Source: a virus (lineage: Duplodnaviria; Caudoviricetes). From it: a DNA stretch of 64,000 nucleotides. The stretch covers positions 1 to 64,000 of the IMG/VR virus record IMGVR_UViG_3300028888_000066; one strand, written 5' to 3'. Made by a program: the position numbers and the translations under genes. Shown here piece after piece: positions 16,757-27,377 of this stretch; within the stretch, counting starts at the first letter, position 1; every line of letters starts with the position of its first letter. Under the pieces are notes generated by a model. It ran no database searches, had not been told where the DNA came from, and was given only the letters and a program-made list of their open reading frames with translations.

Positions 16757-16785
16757 ATTATATATGAAATTTAACTAAAAGTCAA
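16757..16785 (-). promoter_or_regulatory. sigmaA-type promoter
   Basis: TTGACT-17nt-TATAAT. Confidence 0.8.
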
Positions 16786-17097
16786 ATAAAAAATTTCCCG
16801 CAATTCTTACTGGGCTAGTTGCGCTAGGCGTTCGGAACTGCGGGAAACCTGTAGATAGGTTCGCAACTCCTATCTGCATAAGCGCTATTTCGTGTCGCTT
16901 TACGCCTATTCTAACGTTACAGGTTACGTGTACTAGTGTCGGTGTACAATTGTCCGATGTTATATAAGTAAGGACAGCCTAACATTGGCTCCGCGTCTGT
17001 CATCCTAGGCTGACTTGCAGGGTTATCGCTCCTGGTAGTATTTATAGGCTACTTACATGCCTTTCTCCTATTTTCGCGTCCAGCTAGGAGAAGCTGG

Positions 17098-17171
17098 TGG
17101 AGCGCCATAACAGATTTGAACTGTCACCTGCTGCTTGGAGGGCAGTAATGCTACCATTACACCAATGGCGC
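17098..17171 (-). tRNA. tRNA-Gly(TCC)
   Basis: CTGC-CCTCCAA-GCAG, CCA encoded. Confidence 0.9.
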
Positions 17172-17187
17172 GTAGCGGCTTAGCCGC

Positions 17188-17496
17188 TTAAAAATTATGA
17201 AATGCTTTATAGTCATTTACCATTGCCATTCCATATACACTTAGTGGGAAACAGGTTAAATCGGGATGAGGTTCATCTGCATATACATCATATTCTTGTA
17301 ATATTGCAAATTCGCCATCTTTTCCATATACTTCTTTTTCTTGTCGTATAATCATTTCCCTAGCATAAATATTTCTTTCTCTGGTTACATATCCTATTTC
17401 TGGGCGTGAGCGTAATTCTTGTATAGAAATAGGCCCAGTCTCATTGAAGAATAAAGTGTCTCCTCGCCAAATACGATTAAGTTGTTCCCAAGCCAT
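17188..17496 (-). CDS. hypothetical protein, last gene of the YcaO/rSAM operon
   Basis: MAWEQLNRIW start with GGAGG RBS, overlaps the upstream rSAM gene. Confidence 0.75.
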   Translation of the reverse strand: MAWEQLNRIWRGDTLFFNETGPISIQELRSRPEIGYVTRERNIYAREMIIRQEKEVYGKDGEFAILQEYDVYADEPHPDLTCFPLSVYGMAMVNDYKAFHNF

Positions 17497-18892
17497 TATT
17501 CTTCGCCTCCAATATATCATTTAGCTATAATAATTTTGCTACCGATGCACTACGTGGTTCTCCAAGTGAAAAAGTTTTCAAATAATCTATTACGCCATGT
17601 TCTCTATAATAATTCATTATATAAGTATATTTAGTTTTAAAGAAATCACAAATATTCTTTATAGGGAAGAAAGGATCTTTTTGTGATTCTAATTGGCTAC
17701 CAAAACATCCGCGTAAACAGCAAAAATTGAATTCACATTGGTCACATAAGGGCATAGAAGTTAAGATATTACCCATATAAATCTTTATTGCCATCTATGG
17801 ATTATTAGCTTTTATACCAGTAATACGATTATTTTCGACTACAAAATGTCCATACAGGTATTCATCATATGCTTGACGATGACAGGGGCAAATTGCTAAA
17901 TCTCCTAAACGCACAGTAAGATGATTAGGAACTGTACAACCCTAGAAACTATCGCATTCTCCTATTGCCCAAGGCACATATCCATTTAATGAGGGGTCAT
18001 TGTCTAACTATCTAGCCGAAACAAGAGCATTTCCAAATAATTTTGGATCTCCATGGCATTCACCGTAGAAAAATTCGTCCATTAGAATTTTTAAAAAGGT
18101 ACAATAATCTTTCATATTTTCTTCAGTCCAGCCTTCGTTGCGTACTTCTAATGTCATAATATTTCCAATAGGTAAATTATATTTCTTATCTTGTTCTTTC
18201 CACCATTTATAATTTTCGGGCCATTGTTTGATATTTTGCGCAGAAACCATAGGATGGAATAAAAAGTTATTTACTTTAGCAAATGCAAAAACATTATCAT
18301 AAAACTCATCACTATAAAGTTCTCCATTACGGCGCGGTCTTCCATTATTATCTACAATCTTCCCATCTATAGAAATAGAGAATACAAGAGGACAACCAAT
18401 ATTATTAAATTTATTAACAAATTGTTGAATTTTCTAAAATGCGATAGGATCATTAATAAAGGAACAATTAGAAGTGGTTAAAACATATTTAACTTTCATT
18501 CCTTTTATTACATATTCATATATTAAATCTAAAACATCCCAACCGAATGGAGTCGCAAAAACTTCGCCAGAAAATACATCTAAACATGGTAATTCAAATT
18601 GATTTGCAATGATATAATTGAAAAGAATACGCATGTTTTGTAAAATTAATTCTGGCTTATTATATTGAGCAGGATATAGTTTAGGATATTGCTATAGATA
18701 GCAGTATTCACAATTCTAATCACAAGTAGAAGTAATAAATAATTCTAATTTAGAATCTGGTAAAAGAGAACGATCATCATTAAATTTAGTTAAATGGCGC
18801 CAAGGATTAAAAAAACGCAAATCTAATATAGTTTTTAATAAAGCGTCCTATTCTTTTTGATACTAAATTTTTTCTTCAGTTAAAATTTCCAT
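17477..18892 (-). CDS. radical SAM/SPASM-like enzyme 2 (TAG read-through)
   Basis: CD(TAG)NCEYC CxxxCxxC motif, FSGE, SISIDG, C-terminal CPCHR...CDQCEFNFCCLRGC. Confidence 0.88.
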
Positions 18893-20237
18893 TACAGCTA
18901 TCCTCCTCTAAATAATCTAATGCTCCATTTAACAATAAGATATAGAAACCAGTTGGCTCCAAGCAGAAAGAACCAGTAACTGCATAATTTGCTTTAGGGC
19001 AAAAGGCTGTACTTCCTAATACATATTTTGCCGCATGTAATGCTTCGCCTTCATTTACATATTTTTCTTCAATTAAACCAGCCATAGCTAAAGCAATAAT
19101 AAGGGTAACTGCATTAGTCATTTGTACTGTGGAAGCTGGGTTTAAGTAAGACATTTTACGTTCATGATTCACATATTGATCATCTGTTAAACACATAGGA
19201 ATAGAATGTAGTTCAAAGAATTTATTTAAAGTAACGGTTAAGTCTTTATCTGAGCGCTACGCGGCAAATTTTTTATATTCTTCAACTAGTAATGTAAATC
19301 CTTCATGACAAGCGGAAATCATATTATGTGGTAAAAAACCTACCATAGTACTGCCTGAACCACATCTATTTACATCCCACCTATATTCCGTGCAGGTGCA
19401 ATACTGACCATTGCCATATGGAGTAATTTTTTCGTAATATTTAAAATAATGTTTAATAAAATTTTCTGCTTCAATTTCTCGCGTCTTTTGGACTAGTTCA
19501 CTAAATATTATTCCATCATGTTTTGTTACTGGAGCAGGAACAGCGGTATTAGGAATATCATTTGATATTTGAATATTCTCAATATTTAATTTTTTAATAG
19601 GTTCAATATAGTTATTTTCAAGAAATTGAAAAAATTCAATTAATTTTTGTTTATCATTTAGTTTATGAATACAATCTAAATCCCATGTTCCTTTTAATGT
19701 AATAGTTAAACTTACATTTGAAGGGAATTTTCCTTCTTGCATTAAATTAACTAATTTATTAAAATTGGCAAGGCATCGTTTAGTTACTCCGACACCACGA
19801 TTAGCATCATTAATATATTCTGGACCGTCAATGGATAGCTGTAATAAATATTTAAAAGATCGATAAGGATAATCAGCAAAACATTGCATTAATCCCATAA
19901 ATTCATCTAACCATTCATCATAAGAAAAATTAGTAGATGAATACATATTATCAAAATAAGGATAATATTCAATTAATTTATGAACTAAAGGATAAATGCG
20001 ATGCATTTTAAGGAATGGCTCGCCGCCCCAAGTTTCAAGGGATTTTAATTGGTCGCGGCGTGGAAAATATTCTTTTATACGATTAAAATAATAATCGCCT
20101 TGAAAACTTTCTTCCAGTTCCTTATCTATCTATAATAATGCTGGATTTTTATCAATCGTACAATAACGACAATTTAAATTACATATTCCGCAAGTATAGA
20201 CAACCGCGGTTGTACGTTCTTCATTAAAATTTATCAT
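18876..20237 (-). CDS. radical SAM enzyme 1 (TAG read-through)
   Basis: CNLNCRYC, WGGEP, QLSIDGP, CGSG...ACH. Confidence 0.9.
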
Positions 20238-20244
20238 AAGCACC

Positions 20245-21258
20245 TCACAAATTAGTATGAGCATTTCTAATATCAATATAAGTGGTATATTTACATGTGG
20301 TATGTGCCGTACAGTCGTTTGTTATATTGTGACTATGAGTACCATGAGCAGCACAATTATTTGTACTATTATGGGTATGCGTACCATTAGAACCGCAATT
20401 GTTTGAAATTTTATTACCATGCGTACCATTAGAACCACAGTTATTTACTTTTTTATTGCCATGGGTACCATTGGTAGTACATGCTCCATGATTACAAGCA
20501 GTATTAGTTTGAGTACTATGATTACGATTACCATTTGAACCACAGTGCCCATTAGAATTATTACCATTACCCCACATATTATACTGACAAACCCATTGAG
20601 AATTACCATTATAACTGTTATTTCCATGGCTACGCCATTGATTAGCACTACAACTACCCTGACCGTTATTTCCATTACTATGAGTACCATATGGGTTGCA
20701 GTTATTTACTTTCTTGTTACCGTGAGTACTATGATTTCTTACTCCATGATTACAAGCAGTATTAGTCTATGTACTATGCCCACGATTGCCATGATTACAA
20801 GCAGTATTGGTCTATGTGCTATGGCCGCGATTGCCGTGACTACATGCAGTATTAGTTTGCGTGCCATGTGCTTTTGTTCCATGATTACACGCAGTATTTA
20901 CCTATGTACCATGATTATTCGCGCCAAAACTATGATAAGCGTCATTACGGCATTTTACACTTGGCATATTGCTAACCGTGGTATTAATTCCGGTCCAATC
21001 AACTGGATAAATTACATTACCTATATTAACAGTCTAATTAACCCACCAAGCGGATTCAGTTGATAAATACGTATCTTGCTTAAATTCTGTAATTTTCCCA
21101 TCTAAATTATTAATATTAGATGCCTATATTGTACTATTAGCTGATGGTATTACTAATGTAGTAATAGGCCCACCAAATTGAGTAATAAAAGTATTAAAAG
21201 TTGTGTATACATTTTGTAAATCACTATAAAGAGTAACCTAACCTTGTTCAATTGCCAT
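20245..21258 (-). CDS. Cys/His/Asn/Gly repeat protein, putative multi-core RiPP precursor or modified structural protein (337 aa)
   Basis: About 95 aa of non-repetitive N-terminus, then repeats HSTQTNTACNHG and THGNKKVNNCGSNG. One frame with TAG=Q. Confidence 0.8.
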
Positions 21259-21273
21259 TTAAACCACCTCATC

Positions 21274-23052
21274 TTATGAGGGACTATTATTAATAAATGT
21301 GTCGATCATCTCTAAATATGGACCATGTACAAATCGACTTAACGGTTCTATATATGCCCTCTATAGTAAGTAACTTAAGGATGTACAATTTTCAATATCT
21401 TTTTCGCTAATATTATAATTAAAAATATTATTAAAAATATATAATAATTCTTGTGCAGAATAAATATTGAATTTTACATATAGTAGAAGCTATGTATATT
21501 TTTTATAAGCTTTAAAAATTTCGCTATCTACTAAATCATTTGGAACGTTATCAATAAAACTATTGAATGGATCTAAGAATATTTGTAAATATTGAAGGCC
21601 AATATCATGTTTAGTAGCCAAAGTAAAATGCCATAAGAAGGTATTATCTAATAATCTTTGGACACTAAAACCATATGAATCTGCAGTACGAATTAAATTA
21701 ACTAAATTTGGTATATCAACAGGAGTTTGATCCTTAATTGATCGAAATAATTTGGTATAATCGCTAAGTACCTATAAAGCAATCTCTTTGCTTGTATTAT
21801 CCCATACCATAGGATTAGAATCAATTACATAATTAATTTTATATTGTTCTGTACTTTCTATTATAACCTAAATAGCTTTTATATCTGGCGATAAAGATTT
21901 ATCAATGTAATAAAATTTTGTGCCAAGTGATTTTGCTAATTTGGCAAAATATTTTACAATTGCTTTATTTGTATAATCTTTATCAACAAAAACTTCTTTA
22001 TTATAATAGTCTTTATATTCAATATGATCAAAGAAACAGGCAGGGAAAATTTCACCAGAAATAGAATTTCCATATGTTATTAATAGATTGGACAACTGAA
22101 ATACTTTGTATGGTTGTTGTAATCTGCCCTAAAAGCTAGAACTTTTATAAGTCTGTATTCCTTGATAAAGTTCAGTAATTACTCGTTCCGCTGCAATATC
22201 AAAAACTGGAAAAGCGCCAAAATTCATATTTAATATACCGCTATCTCGATCTACTAGTAATGACATAATTACCGGTAAATGACAGCTATATGATAAATCA
22301 AATAAATAAAATTCATATCCTAACGCTTTAATATTTTTAATTTTTTCCTATATACTTGAATTATTAATATTTTCCAATTTCAAAGCATAATGAGGTTGCT
22401 CAAAATTTTTAAATGTCCAATATTCGCCTTCTCGCTCGACTAATTCAGATAACCCCTGAGCTAAGGCTTCATCTAATGTATTTCCCGCGGCCATGCCATT
22501 AGAACGACAGATTCGTAGTGAAAAGCGTGGATCAATATAAATTTTATCGTTAGAATCATCAATATTAGTCCAGGGTACGCCAACATAGCGGTTATCTGTA
22601 ATAGCACTCATCATTGCGCGAGTAAGTTCTACATCATCACGACAATAAGCATAGACATAGTCTTTAGCTCGACCACAACAATTAAGTGTTTCTTCATATG
22701 TCATAATCTTTTCATCGGGCGTCCAATAGTATCCATTTTTAGCGTAATTTCTGTCCATGTATAAATTACCCCAATAGAGGCTGGGCATAAAATTAATTTG
22801 ATTGCAAAACCGTTCATACAATTCTGCGTATCCACTTGCTAAAGAATAACTTGTGGTCATTCCCTTGCCATTTGCGCCACAAACATTAACATCATTTTTA
22901 AAGCAGTCTACATGACAATACCATGTGCCTGCTTCACTCTAATTTAAATCTGTTTCTTTTAATGTAAAGCCATTCTAATTAAAGAAATCTTTAATAATCT
23001 AAATTGTCTCTTCTGGAGACCTTTCTTTATAATGTGTTGATAAATCAGCCAT
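21274..23052 (-). CDS. YcaO-family protein (TAG read-through)
   Basis: NGKG...ASGYAELYER and SNGMAAGNTLDEALAQGLSELVER motifs. Confidence 0.88.
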
Positions 23053-23076
23053 ATATATATCCTCCAATAAAAATCG

Positions 23077-23164
23077 CGGCCCCGCTGGGATTCGAACCCA
23101 GACTACCTGCTTCAGAGGCATTACGGTTTTAGAGACCGGTGTTGTACCATTCAACTACGGGGCT
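23077..23164 (-). tRNA. amber-decoding tRNA(CTA) with long variable arm
   Basis: CCGGT-CTCTAAA-ACCGT anticodon arm, CTGGG-TTCGAAT-CCCAG T-arm, G73. Confidence 0.88.
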
Positions 23165-23206
23165 ATAAAAGAAAGGACTGATAAGGCTCAGTCCAAGCCT
23201 TAGTCC

Positions 23207-23548
23207 TTAGAACTTAAAGAGATTATCAAAGATGTCAAATAAGGAAGGAATTTCATCCGCACTGGAAGTACTATAATGATAAGTACCGTATTTACCGCAA
23301 AAATCTTCTAGTGCTTTACGGTATGCCTTTTGCGCTTCTAGATAATTCTTGCGTGCGGCTTCTACGCTTTCCGCCGCAGCCTTGCGTTCGGTAAGCGCTT
23401 TTTCCTTCTTTTCTTTGGCTAGAGCGAGTTCGCGCTCCTTCTGAATCTTTTCACGATTCTCTTTCTCTTTTAGTTCAAATTCTGCCCGATTTGCTTCTTC
23501 TACGCTATTGTAGAACTTGTTTGTCTTATCGGAATAAATTTTAATCAT
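23207..23548 (-). CDS. coiled-coil hypothetical protein
   Basis: 113 aa, no TAG, GGAGG RBS. Confidence 0.85.
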   Translation of the reverse strand: MIKIYSDKTNKFYNSVEEANRAEFELKEKENREKIQKERELALAKEKKEKALTERKAAAESVEAARKNYLEAQKAYRKALEDFCGKYGTYHYSTSSADEIPSLFDIFDNLFKF

Positions 23549-23618
23549 AATAAAGCCTCCCTATGCTTATTATATTTTTTATAGAAGTGAAAGTTCCTTA
23601 CCTTTCATTTCTATTATA

Positions 23619-23647
23619 ATTATACTAGAAATTTAATCAATTGTCAA
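23619..23647 (-). promoter_or_regulatory. sigmaA-type promoter upstream of the amber tRNA and YcaO cluster
   Basis: TTGACA-17nt-TATAAT. Confidence 0.8.
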
Positions 23648-23924
23648 ATATTAGATTTACATTTGTAACAATTGTATCTTGCATTAAATCTTCACTAATA
23701 TTATCTAAATGTACACTAATATCTTTTAAATCATAGATCTTTTCATCATCATGATAAATCTCAATACTAGTAATTTCAGTATCAAATAATTCAATGATTA
23801 AGTCTAAATCTTTTTGTTTCATGCCAAAATATGCACGATTTTTTACCATATCTTCTGAAAAGGTCATCTGTCTATTATAAGATATTACTTCTACTTCGAC
23901 ATCATTTAATTTAATAGTATTCAT
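23637..23924 (-). CDS. hypothetical protein
   Basis: ORF with ATGA coupling to the upstream gene. Confidence 0.75.
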   Translation of the reverse strand: MNTIKLNDVEVEVISYNRQMTFSEDMVKNRAYFGMKQKDLDLIIELFDTEITSIEIYHDDEKIYDLKDISVHLDNISEDLMQDTIVTNVNLIFDN

Positions 23925-24220
23925 AAGCACCCTCCTTGCAAACTATTTATTAGCTGCATAATATCTATGCCTCTATCTTGAGCCATACTACGTGCGATAG
24001 ACTCTAAACTGCCATTAGAACTTAACATCTTGGCTATCATGGCTGTATTAGGATTAGATTGTAACATTTGCGCGAGTAAGGCTTGAGGATTTGGAGCATT
24101 TTTAACTTGAGCCATTAAAGCTTTAACCTCTGCAATGCTATTATTCAGTTGTTGTTGTTGCTGCATTTGTGGGGTTTGCGGATACATTCCGTTTCGCATT
24201 TGACTTACTCTACTTGCCAT
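23921..24220 (-). CDS. Gln/Met-rich hypothetical protein
   Basis: ORF with GGAGG RBS. Confidence 0.8.
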   Translation of the reverse strand: MASRVSQMRNGMYPQTPQMQQQQQLNNSIAEVKALMAQVKNAPNPQALLAQMLQSNPNTAMIAKMLSSNGSLESIARSMAQDRGIDIMQLINSLQGGCL

Positions 24221-24563
24221 TTACCCATTCCTCCAATGCGCCCAGTCGCGCCAAGATATTTTCCATATCAACAGGTTGTGGTTCCTCATGTGGTTTAAGA
24301 TCAAATGGTTTTACTTGTTTATTACCATTCTAATCAATTTTAATCCACCATATTATATCCTAATCAGCATCGGGTAACCAAATATCACCGCTACCAATAG
24401 GAAACGCCCACGCGGCATTTTCACCATGAATCGGCTCAGCATGGTATACTGGGGCGCGCATATTATATGAACTAGTAGGCTAATTCATTCCCCAATAGGG
24501 ATTAAATGACGCTTGCCCCATAGTCATATTGTTTTGTGTTTGATTCTAATTCCAACTATTCAT
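24141..24563 (-). CDS. hypothetical protein (TAG read-through)
   Basis: MNSWNQNQTQNN... continuous only with TAG=Q. The 3' end is uncertain. Confidence 0.7.
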
Positions 24564-24708
24564 TAACCGGTTCCTCCCCATATTTGCGGCCGCACTTAGG
24601 ACAATAATCACACTGCCTTAAATTATTAGCCGCGTCGAAAAAATACAGATATTCTTTTTCTTTTTTGCGTTTAATATCCCAACAATAAAAACATCCAAAT
24701 TCTTCCAT
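24556..24708 (-). CDS. small zinc-finger protein
   Basis: CFYC...CPKCGR. The stop is uncertain because it is a TAG. Confidence 0.6.
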   Translation of the reverse strand: MEEFGCFYCWDIKRKKEKEYLYFFDAANNLRQCDYCPKCGRKYGEEPVNE

Positions 24709-24715
24709 AATTACC

Positions 24716-24988
24716 TCACTTGAGTGCTTTCTCGATTAACGCGAGAGTTTCTTTTAAACTATCATAAATAGCCTGTAATTGTGTTGTTGTAGAAGTTTCA
24801 GCAGATAGAAATTGGGTCATAGCAAAACCGTTCTTTCCATTATAAGTGGTGCGAACCCATTTTCCATCTACTGTTTCTACATCTAATTTTGCGCCATAGG
24901 GAATCTATGCTAAAACAGGACTTCCAGTATTAGGCGCTTGGCGCAAATTAAGAGTGCCTTTATTTTGTGTTTTAACATACATTATCAT
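24716..24988 (-). CDS. SH3b-domain protein
   Basis: LNLRQAP....VLA(TAG)IPYG...W....YNGKNGF. Confidence 0.8.
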
Positions 24989-25311
24989 TCTGCGGGTACC
25001 TCCACTGCTTTCTGGTCGAGGCTTAGCTGTTCAACCTGAGCCTCAATTGCCGCACGAACAACATCTTCATCAAAGGTCAGACCTTTCTTTTCAAGTAGTT
25101 TCTTTGCTAGACCCAAAGCATAGGCTAACTTATCGTCACCCATCTTCGCGCCGAAAATCTTTTCAGCGGCAAATACTACTGTTTGAGCAATACCTGCTAA
25201 CATAGAAAGCTATTCAGCAGAAACATGACTCTTAATATATGGCCATACAATTAGAGTTACTAGACCACCTAGAATAAAAATAAGACCAAGTAAAATTTGA
25301 GTAATATTCAT
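24985..25311 (-). CDS. holin, LL-H-like (TAG read-through)
   Basis: One N-terminal TM segment, VFAAEK...G.DK...A and AAIEAQV pattern. Confidence 0.8.
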
Positions 25312-25334
25312 AATATTACCTCCTTTTTTCTTTT

Positions 25335-25364
25335 ATTATACCACAAATGGTATTTAAATGTCAA
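25335..25364 (-). promoter_or_regulatory. extended -10 sigmaA-type promoter upstream of holin
   Basis: TTGACA-18nt-TATAAT with TG at the extended -10 position. Confidence 0.65.
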
Positions 25365-25457
25365 ATATTTAAATAAGGGGCGCGTATTAGGCGACCCCTT
25401 ACTATTATAATATTACTATCGGCGCGAAGCAGCGATATAATATTATAGTTAAAATAA

Positions 25458-27371
25458 TTAACGAACACGTATCCAAATGCGTCCATTAACCTTAACATTT
25501 CCAGAACCCCAAATTTCATATTTGGGTATTTCACTAACTATTCCAATAATGGCGTCTGGATAATTACGAATTTCTTCTCGTGTCATAATATCAATAGTAC
25601 CATTGGGGGCGGAGCAGACGGCCATGCCTGCATGATAGTTTTCACGTGGCTAATATGTATAAGCTAAAACTCGCCCAGCCACGGCAATGGGAGTGTGCGC
25701 CAGCTCCGTTTCACCTTCTGCGTATCCGTACGTGTCCGTAATAATCGATGCTCCCGCGATTAATCGTCTATTACTAATAGTAAGACAGCCGTTATCATTT
25801 TCTTGTACACATTTACCTGGTATTATACAATTAGCCTCTCTAAATTCGGCATAGTCATTCCATACTGCATTATATACTTTTTCAGCATGAATATATCCAT
25901 TTGCATCTCTTTTTACAATCGTATTATTATATCCATCTGTTGCAGTGGTTGAAGTAACAACTGTTGCCCATGTAGGTGCCGCGGTACCATTACTCTATAA
26001 TAGACTTCCAGCGATACCAGCTGTGGTAGATGAATATTGTGCAGTTGTTGAGGCATAAATAATACCAAGTGCAGTTGGGGAAGAAGAAGTACCAGTGCCG
26101 CCATGCGGAACATCAAGCACTTGCGTCCAGCTTGGAACTTTATCACTACTTAACTGTAATACCGCGCCTGCAGTTGTTGCCGCTAAGTGTGCAGGAGTAT
26201 TAGCGCCACTCCAATAGATTATATCACCTTTAGTTCCGCTAGTATTGTTTAATATTGTACTATTACTAACATTTCCCAGGCCAACATCTACAGGAGCGGG
26301 TGACTCCCAGGTAGGCGCTCCACTACTGCTTGATCGTAAGAATTTATTAGTTGCTGCCGAGTTTGGATTTAGAACTGTATATGTAGATGAACCAGTACTA
26401 TATAATAATTGATTAGCGCCTGTAAAAATATTTCTAGGAATCTACTACAAATTATCTACATTTGATAATCCGACATCAGTTTTAGTAACTTTATCCCAGA
26501 CTGGTATACCTTTATTTCCACCACTTGCACTGACAGATTTTAAAAATTTATTTTCTAATCCAGAATTACATGCTAAGGTAGCAAGTGCAGTAGAACTAGA
26601 GGCATATATTATATTTCCTGCACTATAACTACTTATTCCGGTTCCGCCATGTTTAGGAGGAAGGACACCCGAGACTCCTATTGCTTGAGGAGTAGTACTT
26701 CCACCCTAAATAGTTGTTTCATTACCAGTGCCAAATGTACTTTGTAAATCTACTTTTACCGGCTAAGCATCTTTAAACTTTGTAGCAGTATCAGCATTGC
26801 CATATAGATTACCAGTGATATTACCTGTAACATTTCCGTATACATTACCAGTGACACTGCCATAGACATTGCCAGTTACATTACCATATAAATTGCCTGT
26901 TACATTACCATACACATTACCTTCTACTGGCCCAATAAATTTATTAGCGGTAACAGTACCACTAAAAGCGACTACCGCGCTTGTGGCTGTATTGTAATTT
27001 ATACTGATAACTGGTGTAGAATAACCATTACTGTTTTTATCATTGCCTAAAGTATAAGTACCATTTGTTCCTATACCCCAACGCCAAGAATATGTACTCT
27101 CACTTTGAGTTACTTTATTAATTTTTATATCAGCCTATTGAGTAGTAGAACGTAAAAAATTAAATTCACTTGATCCGGATGGTAGCTATATATCGGGGCC
27201 TGCGTCTATTAAACTGCCAGATACGCTTGAGGTGCTTCCGGCTCCACTAAAACTTTGGCCCCAAAAGGAATGAGTCGTGGTAAAAGCCTCAGCATATATT
27301 GGATACGACCCTGCATTTGGAAGTATTATCTAACTAATATATGCAGGGTTAACTGCTGGATCTCCGGCCAT
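25458..27371 (-). CDS. tail fibre/spike with C-terminal intramolecular chaperone (peptidase G2-like)
   Basis: 637 aa with TAG=Q. GNVY/GNVT repeats, HGGTG motifs, AVWNDYAE...AGRV...IIGIV. Confidence 0.8.
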
Positions 27372-27377
27372 TCTAAC

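Noticed and set aside
20245-20960. CRISPR array
   Set aside because: The repeats are codon-degenerate protein repeats without unique spacers. No CRISPR array or cas gene was seen in the window.
23077-23164. Pyrrolysine tRNA and TAG=Pyl
   Set aside because: It lacks the tRNA-Pyl features (6-bp anticodon stem, 3-nt variable loop), no pyl genes are visible, and TAG aligns with Gln.
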